Source: Deltaproteobacteria bacterium (GTDB lineage Bacteria > UBA10199 > SPLOWO2-01-44-7). Taken from it: DNA of 64,000 nt. Below are positions 57,598-64,000 of the stretch, piece by piece. Below the pieces are notes generated by a model. The model had not been told where the DNA came from. It did no database searches and saw only the letters and a list, made by a program, of their open reading frames with translations. Made by a program: the position numbers and the translations under genes. The stretch covers positions 24,537 to 88,536 of the forward strand of contig JAUSII010000122.1 in assembly GCA_030648035.1 (NCBI GenBank), read 5' to 3'. Positions within the stretch are counted from its first letter, which is position 1. The number at the start of each line of letters is the position of its first letter.

Positions 57598-58962
57598 ATG
57601 TCTATTTGGTTTCGAATCCGTTGGTTGCTTGTTGTATTGCTCGCCGTAGCGCTTGTTGGTTTTGCGCTGACGGTGAAAAGTGCCAATGAAGATTTTCCTG
57701 CGCTGACAAAACGCCTGCAAGCGGAGAAACCGAAGTTCGCCAAGCGCCAACAGACTTTGCTCACAGAGCGCTACGATCTTACTGACCGGCCAGCTAAGGA
57801 AATGGTCATGTCGCGCGGTAAACCGGTGCAAGAGGGAGTGCGCGTTAAGTTGCCCGAGGGGATGACGTGGGAGAAACTAGCCGCGTTGTCACCGGAACTA
57901 ATCAAAGAAAAACAACTCTGGCCGGCTGGCTTTCTTCCGTTGCCGCATCCCCACCACGAAGTGGGCGGAATGATCTTTCCTAAATTTCTCATCGAAGTAA
58001 CGAAGCAACAAACCGATCGGGATCTGACTCGTTTCGATCTCGACTTCGATTTGCCGGATTATTTATTGCCCGAGTTTCCGGCACCGATCTATCTGACGAC
58101 GCGGCTCGATCTGGGTGACGTCTCGCAAGGGAAATTGGTGACGCTCAACAACTTCAATGAATTATTCAAAGACATCCTCAATCCTAAGCAACTCGAAGGC
58201 CTGCGGTTGCTGGTCACGCCGTTTCCCCAGCAACAGTTCAATGCCACAGAAGATCGTCGCAGTTTGAAAGCCCATCAGGGTGTTGCTTGTTTCGATTGTC
58301 ACGCCAATGGCCATACGAACGCCTCTACCCACACAGTCGGAGATATTCGGCCAAACGAACTTCGTCATCGGATTGATACGCCATCACTACGGGGTGTGAA
58401 CATTCAACGCTTGTTTGGTTCGCAACGGGCACTCAAGTCGGTGGAGGACTTCACCGAGTTCGAACAACGAGGTGCCTATTTCGATGGCATCCCGGCCGAT
58501 GCAACGCGCAAAGGGACCAATGTCCTTGAACGCGGCAGTCAGGTGCATTTTATGGCAGAGTTTCAGGCTTTGCTCGATTTTCCGCCTGCGCCGAAGCTCA
58601 ACGTCTTGGGCAAACTCAATCCCAGCAAAGCCAGCGTGATCGAGTTGCGCGGCCAGGACATTTTTTTTGGAAAGGGTCAGTGCGCGGCCTGTCACACTCC
58701 GCCGTACTACACCGACAATTTGATGCACAACTTGCAGGTGGAGCGATTCTTCCCGGAGGTCACGATGAATGGTCGTAAGGCTTCGGTCGACGGCCCGATC
58801 AAGACTTTCCCATTGCGTGGCATCAAAGATTCGCCGCCATATTTGCACGACGACCGTTTGCTGACGCTGGAGGATACGGTGGAGTTTTTCAACCTCATTC
58901 TAGAATTAAAATTGAGTGTTCAAGAGAAGAAAGATTTGCTCGTCTTTCTCTGGGCACTTTAG
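57598..58962 (+). CDS. di-haem cytochrome c peroxidase/MauG-like protein
   Basis: Signal-anchor N-terminus and two CxxCH haem sites (CFDCH, CAACH) about 140 aa apart. Confidence 0.55.
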   Translation: MSIWFRIRWLLVVLLAVALVGFALTVKSANEDFPALTKRLQAEKPKFAKRQQTLLTERYDLTDRPAKEMVMSRGKPVQEGVRVKLPEGMTWEKLAALSPELIKEKQLWPAGFLPLPHPHHEVGGMIFPKFLIEVTKQQTDRDLTRFDLDFDLPDYLLPEFPAPIYLTTRLDLGDVSQGKLVTLNNFNELFKDILNPKQLEGLRLLVTPFPQQQFNATEDRRSLKAHQGVACFDCHANGHTNASTHTVGDIRPNELRHRIDTPSLRGVNIQRLFGSQRALKSVEDFTEFEQRGAYFDGIPADATRKGTNVLERGSQVHFMAEFQALLDFPPAPKLNVLGKLNPSKASVIELRGQDIFFGKGQCAACHTPPYYTDNLMHNLQVERFFPEVTMNGRKASVDGPIKTFPLRGIKDSPPYLHDDRLLTLEDTVEFFNLILELKLSVQEKKDLLVFLWAL

Positions 58963-58977
58963 TGCATTAGTGAAAAT

Positions 58978-59006
58978 TAAAAAGAAAAGGGGTCAAGTTG
59001 GACTTC
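58978..59006 (-). repeat. 35-bp element copy E (inverted), right boundary of the second cassette, fused to a 75-bp duplicate of 56650-56724
   Basis: AAAAGGGGTCAAGTTGGACTTCATCC; the downstream 58998-59072 is 74/75 identical to the 3' end of gene 55807-56724. Confidence 0.65.
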
Positions 59007-59093
59007 ATCCTCGAATATATACAGGGAGAGATGCTTCCCATGGGTGGCGCCTATCTTTATTGGGGGTTTTAAAACATTTTGTTCACCTGCTCT

Positions 59094-59477
59094 TTATTTT
59101 TTCTTACCTTCCAGAAGTGCTTTTATTTTAGAGAGAAGAGAATAAATTTCGTAGGGCTTGGTAATATACTCATCTGCCCCGCATTCTTTTCCCCAGGTTT
59201 TGTCGCTCTCCTGTGTTTTTGCGGTCAATAGAATCACCGGGATCGATTTTGTTTTGGGATCATTTTTCAAGTCGTGGCAAACTTGGTAGCCATTCATTTT
59301 GGGCATGATGACATCGAGCAAAATAAGATCGGGTTTTTCCTGCATGGCCCTTTCTATTCCTTTTGGGCCGTTATAAGCGACCAGAACGGAATATCCGGAG
59401 GCTTTCAATCGGATGCCCAATTCTTCCGACAGATCTTTTTCATCATCAACCAATAATATTGTTTTTTTCTGATTCAT
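59094..59477 (-). CDS. single-domain CheY-like response regulator
   Basis: ILLVDDEKD...LILLDVIMPKMNG...LLTAK; 127 aa. Its start overlaps the HK stop by 32 nt. Confidence 0.8.
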   Translation of the reverse strand: MNQKKTILLVDDEKDLSEELGIRLKASGYSVLVAYNGPKGIERAMQEKPDLILLDVIMPKMNGYQVCHDLKNDPKTKSIPVILLTAKTQESDKTWGKECGADEYITKPYEIYSLLSKIKALLEGKKK

Positions 59478-60660
59478 TTTTTCTCCTTTTCCCCGCAATG
59501 GGGAGTGTAAAACGAAATGTAACACCTGTTTTTTCAGGACTCTCCACCCATATTTTCCCCCGGTGGCGTTCAATAATTTCTTTGCAGATGGCCAACCCCA
59601 ATCCTGTTCCTTTGTAGGGCCCCGTCCGTTTTTCCCGATCGAGCTGGATAAATTTTTTGAACAGGTCATCCATTTTTTGACGGGGAATGCCGGGACCGTC
59701 ATTGGCAATGCTGATTTCAATGAATTGGGGAGAGCCACTCTCCGGCTTGGCGATAGTTGTTGCAACCACGATTTCTTTTTTGGCATAGAGAATGGCGTTG
59801 CTGAACAGGTTTGTCAAAGCCTGCGCCACCATATCCGAATCAGCTTCAACGGTAGGCAGGTCTTTTTTGTGTTTTTCTTTTATTTTGAGGTTCCTTCCCC
59901 TTTTCCCGCCCTGATAGCTTTGAACGATTTCATGAATAAGCGGGGTAAGATGAATCTCCTTTTGCTGAATTTTTGTCCTTCCTGATTCCAGACGGGAGAG
60001 ATCGAGCAAATTTTCAATCAGTTTGGACAATCGTCTGACATTTCTCTGCCCCCGGTCCAAAGCCTCGGCCTGTGCTTCAGAAATGGGGCCCAGGATTCCC
60101 GATTTAAGATTGTCTATTCCAAGTGCAATCACCGTGAGCGGCGTGCGCAGTTCATGGGAAACCATGCTCAAGAATTCATCTTTCATCTTTTCGAGCTTTT
60201 TTCGCTCGGTGATATCTTCAATGGCCAGGAGGATTGTCTTCTTCTTGTCCGTTTTTCTGTAAATGCGTCTGGCGTTCAAAAGCATTGTTTTCAACCCAAT
60301 GGTTTTGAAGTTGTGCTCCACTTCGTAATCCTCAAAAGTGGTATGCTTGGGAAGAATTTCTTCCAGGAGCTGTCGCAGTTTGGGGATATTCCACTGCCGG
60401 TTGCCCAGATGATAAAGAAACTTTCCCTCGGTCTCATGTGGCTTGACTTTAAAAGTCTTATAGAAGGAGCGATTGGCGGAGATGATCTTCAGGTTGGTAT
60501 TGAGCACGATCAAGGGTTCCCGCACCGTCTCCACAATATTTTCGGCATATTCACGGGCGGCCCTGATAATTTCCTGAACTTTTTTTTGCTTGGTTATTTC
60601 CCGTTTGGTCGACTTTGCTGAATGACTCATAAGGTGATTCTCCCATATAGAAATTCTCAC
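59446..60660 (-). CDS. PAS-domain sensor histidine kinase
   Basis: PAS domain, H-box MVSHELRTPL, N-box and G-box GTGLGLAICK. Confidence 0.85.
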   Translation of the reverse strand: MRISIWENHLMSHSAKSTKREITKQKKVQEIIRAAREYAENIVETVREPLIVLNTNLKIISANRSFYKTFKVKPHETEGKFLYHLGNRQWNIPKLRQLLEEILPKHTTFEDYEVEHNFKTIGLKTMLLNARRIYRKTDKKKTILLAIEDITERKKLEKMKDEFLSMVSHELRTPLTVIALGIDNLKSGILGPISEAQAEALDRGQRNVRRLSKLIENLLDLSRLESGRTKIQQKEIHLTPLIHEIVQSYQGGKRGRNLKIKEKHKKDLPTVEADSDMVAQALTNLFSNAILYAKKEIVVATTIAKPESGSPQFIEISIANDGPGIPRQKMDDLFKKFIQLDREKRTGPYKGTGLGLAICKEIIERHRGKIWVESPEKTGVTFRFTLPIAGKRRKNESEKNNIIG

Positions 60661-60678
60661 ACATTAGCGTTGAATACT

Positions 60679-60725
60679 ATAGGGGAATCCCCCATTCAAA
60701 ATTCATGCCTTCCCTGATTGTTCTC
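60679..60725 (+). promoter_or_regulatory. regulon motif copy P7, degenerate (GGAATCCCCCATTCAAAATTCATGCCTTCCCTGATTGT)
   Basis: 85 bp upstream of csbD-like 60810. Confidence 0.55.
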
Positions 60726-60809
60726 TCCCCCGCCCCATCGTAAACTTTACTTAATCAATAACTGAAAAATCGAAGGGAGCAACCCTTCGAACCACAACGG
60801 GAGGATCAT

Positions 60810-61037
60810 ATGAATTGGGAACAGATAGAAGGGAACTGGAAACAGTTTAAAGGTGATGTAAGAGAAAAGTGGGGCAAGCTGACAAATGATGAGCTGGATG
60901 TCATCGCAGGCAGAAAAGACAGACTCGCCGGAAAACTTCAGGAAAAATACGGCATTGCAAAGGAAGAAGTGGAAAAGCAACTTCATGATTTTTTAAAATC
61001 TTCCCAGGAAATGAAAAAGAAGGGGGCAAACGTATGA
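60810..61037 (+). CDS. CsbD-family general stress protein (75 aa)
   Basis: KQFKGDVREKWGKLTNDELDVIAGRKDRLAGKLQEKYG matches the CsbD signature. Confidence 0.8.
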   Translation: MNWEQIEGNWKQFKGDVREKWGKLTNDELDVIAGRKDRLAGKLQEKYGIAKEEVEKQLHDFLKSSQEMKKKGANV

Positions 61038-61483
61038 ACAAGCGCTCCATTATTTCAAAAACGATCTTGCTCGCCAGTTTTGCCGTTTTTTTTCTCGGCA
61101 GTGCTGCGGCAAGGGCGTCCGAAACGCAATGCAAAATGAATTTCACGATGAAAAGCTGGTCGGTCTTTTATAAATCGGGCAAAGGCCAGGGGAACATTAC
61201 CTGCGATAACGGTCAGAAGGCCAAAGTGCGTCTGCGGGCACACGGTGGGGGCCTGACTTTTGGAAAAGACAAGATTCTGGATGGTCACGGAACCTTTTCC
61301 AAAACTGCGGATATCAAAGATTTGTTTGGATCTTATGCGACAGCTGAAACCCATGGCGGCGCTGGAGACTCTGGAGCCTCCCAGGCTATGACAAAAGGAG
61401 ATGTATCTCTTGCCTTAACAGGTTCTGGAAAAGGTGTTAGTGTGGGTATCGATTTTGGAAGTTTCAAAATCTCAAAGATTTAA
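61034..61483 (+). CDS. secreted hypothetical protein (149 aa)
   Basis: Signal peptide; ATGA overlap with csbD-like, suggesting an operon. Confidence 0.5.
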   Translation: MNKRSIISKTILLASFAVFFLGSAAARASETQCKMNFTMKSWSVFYKSGKGQGNITCDNGQKAKVRLRAHGGGLTFGKDKILDGHGTFSKTADIKDLFGSYATAETHGGAGDSGASQAMTKGDVSLALTGSGKGVSVGIDFGSFKISKI

Positions 61484-61527
61484 ATATCATGGTGATATTT
61501 AAGTATAACCAAAGGGAGGGATATTTT

Positions 61528-62148
61528 ATGTTAAGCAAAAAAATTAGTTGTCTATTTTTAGCCACCCTGTTTTGTCTGGGTGTGAGCGGCAAAGTCAATG
61601 CCGACGAAGTTCCGCAAGCGCAGAACCCGGATGCCTGCCACGGCGGCTTTCAGGGAACCACGCCTTGCAGTCGCTGGTATGAACTGACCGAGCTGTCAAA
61701 TCCGGACGCCTGGCAATATGCCGAGAGAAACCGGGAATCCAAGTTCCGCTGGTATGGCGTGCAAAAGCAGGCCAAAGCAATCGTCTATAAAAAAATTATT
61801 TATCGCGGCATCAAGTTTGATTTCGACAAATCAAACATCAAGGCCGAATCGCTTCCGATTCTGGAAAAAGACGTCGATAACCTGAAAAAGGAATCGCAAA
61901 TGAACAAAACAATTCGTATTGTCGGTCATACCGATTCGAAGGGCAGCGATGAATATAATCAAAAACTCTCTGAAAGACGCGCCAATGCGGTCAGAGAATA
62001 TTTCATCAGCCAGGGAATCAATGGCGATCGCCTCGTTGCCGAAGGCAAAGGGGAATCGGAACCGGTGGCTCCAAACACTGTTGACGGCAAAGATAATCCC
62101 GAGGGGAGAGCCGAGAACAGACGCATCGAACTTCTGATTCCGCAGTAA
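61528..62148 (+). CDS. OmpA-family lipoprotein/peptidoglycan-associated protein
   Basis: Signal peptide and OmpA_C domain (IVGHTDSKGSDEYNQKLSERRANAVREYF...NRRIEL). Confidence 0.8.
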   Translation: MLSKKISCLFLATLFCLGVSGKVNADEVPQAQNPDACHGGFQGTTPCSRWYELTELSNPDAWQYAERNRESKFRWYGVQKQAKAIVYKKIIYRGIKFDFDKSNIKAESLPILEKDVDNLKKESQMNKTIRIVGHTDSKGSDEYNQKLSERRANAVREYFISQGINGDRLVAEGKGESEPVAPNTVDGKDNPEGRAENRRIELLIPQ

Positions 62149-62175
62149 ACAAAGGAATCAAAGTGACTTAAAAAA

Positions 62176-62206
62176 AGAGGGGGCCGAAAAGGCCCTCTTT
62201 TTTTTT
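62176..62206 (+). terminator. rho-independent terminator GAGGGGGCC-GAAAA-GGCCCTC + T9
   Basis: Perfect hairpin followed by TTTTTTTTT. Confidence 0.85.
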
Positions 62207-62244
62207 GGTTGTTTATAAGTTTCAAAAAGGGCAAAGATTTTTTT

Positions 62245-63384
62245 ATGCATTTCACAAAACCGATATTACTCTATGACGGCGCGTGCGGGATGTGTCGCGG
62301 GGGTGTGGGTTGGTTGCAGAAAAAAGTCCCCTCTGGTGCGGTCGATTTTCTCTCGACTGCAGAGGAGCAAGTTTCTACCCGTTTTCCCGATCTCACGACA
62401 GGCAACAATTCCAGGCAGATGTATTTTATAAATCCCGACGGCCAGATATTCGGCGGCGCCAGAGCCATTGCGCAGATGCTTCTCTTGAGCCCCACATTTA
62501 AAGTCTTCGGATTATTTCTCGACTTTCCGCTGGTGCGTCCCTTTGCCGCCGTCGGTTATCGCATTCTCGCTTTTGTGCGACAGAGAAAATCCAGGTCTTG
62601 CAACCTCCATTCTCTTTTTCTGCTTTGTTTTATTTTTCTTTTCAGCTCTCCCCTTTTTGCACAGGAAGATTCCGTCACCGTGGCAGAGGAACAGCACAAG
62701 GTTGCTCCCGTCTCCTTCCAACTCGAATCCGATATTTTTTCGCGCTATGTCTGGTATGGGCTGGCCTCCAGCGACGGTCCGGTCTGGCAACCCTCCGCCA
62801 GTCTCTCTGGCTACAACTTTAACTTTACGGCGTGGGGAAATTTTGTTCTGGATAACGAACCGAACCAGGGAACCTTCAACGAAGTTGATCTCATTCTGGG
62901 ATATCAAAACCATTTTCAAAAATGGGGTTACGCGCTTTCCGTCGAAGGTGATTTATTTCCCAATGGCACTCCCAAATCGCTCGACTTCAGCACAGCCACA
63001 CTCAAAACCAATATTCGTGTGACTCACCCGGCGGGTCCAGTGCTTCTCTTCGCCGATTTTGTCGGATTGTTCGTCTCGGTGGCGGGAGGTTTTTATGGTG
63101 ATGTTGGTGTGGAGTGGCAACCGAAACTCGTCAAAAATCTCTCTTTGGACACCTATCTTCTCTTCGGCGGGGGAGATGAAAAATTCAACCGGACTCATCT
63201 GGCAGACGAAGGGACGCGTCCAAACCTGATTGAATATGCCCTCTCACTCCCCTGGACCCCCAATGAAAAATGGACCTTCACCCCCACCTTTCATCTGACC
63301 CATCTTTTGCTGGAGCCAGTACAAGCGGCAAGACCAAGACAGACACAAGTTTGGGGCGGACTCAAAACAATCTACATTTTTTGA
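62245..63384 (+). CDS. DCC1-like thiol-disulfide oxidoreductase (DUF393) fused in-frame to a ~250-aa domain preceded by a signal-peptide-like segment
   Basis: N-terminus ILLYDGACGMCRGGV matches the DUF393 CxxC motif. An internal hydrophobic LFLLCFIFLFSSPLFAQED has no in-frame ATG/GTG. The C-terminal part is Trp/Tyr-rich and beta-like. Confidence 0.55.
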   Translation: MHFTKPILLYDGACGMCRGGVGWLQKKVPSGAVDFLSTAEEQVSTRFPDLTTGNNSRQMYFINPDGQIFGGARAIAQMLLLSPTFKVFGLFLDFPLVRPFAAVGYRILAFVRQRKSRSCNLHSLFLLCFIFLFSSPLFAQEDSVTVAEEQHKVAPVSFQLESDIFSRYVWYGLASSDGPVWQPSASLSGYNFNFTAWGNFVLDNEPNQGTFNEVDLILGYQNHFQKWGYALSVEGDLFPNGTPKSLDFSTATLKTNIRVTHPAGPVLLFADFVGLFVSVAGGFYGDVGVEWQPKLVKNLSLDTYLLFGGGDEKFNRTHLADEGTRPNLIEYALSLPWTPNEKWTFTPTFHLTHLLLEPVQAARPRQTQVWGGLKTIYIF

Positions 63385-63401
63385 CAGAGCCGTGTAGAAT
63401 A

Positions 63402-64000
63402 AATCGATGTACAAAACATTTTTAATAATGCTCCCCCTTGGACTGGGAGTTTTTTTGAGCCCGGAAATATGGATGCCGGGACTTCTTCTGGCCGCCTCAA
63501 AAGAAAAGGCGGGGTGGAAAGCCTGGTTTTTCTGTCTGGGGGGTGCGGGGGGCATTGGTCTGCTGATCACGATCGGATTTTTTTTAAATGCGACAACGCC
63601 GGAAGGACCTTCATGGACCCGATTTTTCATCCGCGCCGGCTTGGGAACGCTCCTTTTCTTTGCAGGAATACACATCCTCTTTAAGGGAGAAAAAGGCCCT
63701 TCCAAAAAAAATCTCTCCCATCTTGCAGAAAAAGCCGGATTAAAAACAGCGGTCCTGTTGGGTTTTGCGGTCACCGGACTTAATTTGAAAGTGGCTTCCC
63801 TGACAATCGCGGCAGGACATCAACTCTCTCTTTTTTCAAATGCAATGACACCCCGTCTTGAAGGCTTGCTCCTCTTTCTTGGGTTGAGCCTCCTGCCGGT
63901 GACCCTTCCGGCCATCGTGGAAACAGTGAAACCGGGGTTGGTGCGCACCCTTATAGAACCGTGCAACCGTTTCATGGCGCTTTATGGTCGGTGGATTGTG
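63402..64000 (+). CDS. integral membrane protein, 5' partial (open to window end)
   Basis: Open frame from the ATG at 63402 with no stop to the window edge; several TM helices. Not in the ORF track because it lacks a stop. Confidence 0.45.

Noticed and set aside
63244-63774. 176-aa minus-strand ORF
   Set aside because: Overlaps two better-supported plus-strand genes (the DUF393 fusion 3' end and the membrane-protein 5' end).

Overview
64-kb chromosomal window from a Gram-negative bacterium. The outer-membrane beta-barrels, OmpA-domain proteins, MopE-like 'CDGxDNDCDGxTDE' repeats and a MYXO-CTERM-like tail suggest a Myxococcota/Bdellovibrionota-like lineage; this is inference. The first ~15 kb is housekeeping: ssb, trxB, an ABC-2 exporter, patatin, mdh, an M23 peptidase, an FHA-sigma54 activator and ligA. 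The 5' end carries tRNA-Cys and tRNA-Leu bracketing a LAGLIDADG endonuclease, and a tRNA-His follows the housekeeping block. The remaining ~45 kb is accessory and repeat-rich. Four families of small repeats punctuate the window. Two low-GC cassettes are flanked by 35-bp inverted repeats. The main result is a conserved ~45-bp promoter/operator-like motif, AATCCCCCAGTCAAAAATC-N5-TCCCCCGATTGT, present in 8 copies, always sense-oriented and 27-110 bp upstream of a gene. It defines a candidate stress/envelope regulon: 2 CsbD proteins, an ElaB/YqjD-YqjE pair, a small outer-membrane barrel, 2 paralogous Ig-like + DUF3494 'ice-binding-like' secreted proteins, a giant cadherin-like/SBBP beta-propeller protein and a Gly/Asp-rich protein. 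A dense signalling island is embedded among these targets. It contains a receiver-only regulator, a REC-GAF-HK hybrid, a DUF4325/STAS-like protein, a CheR methyltransferase translationally coupled to a 1323-aa 3xPAS-GAF-HK-3xREC kinase, and a LuxR-type response regulator. Other genes include hflX-fic, a DEAD-box helicase, an SPFH protein, a TSP3/beta-helix protein with an OmpA partner, a di-haem cytochrome c peroxidase-like cassette, and a second PAS-HK/CheY pair.
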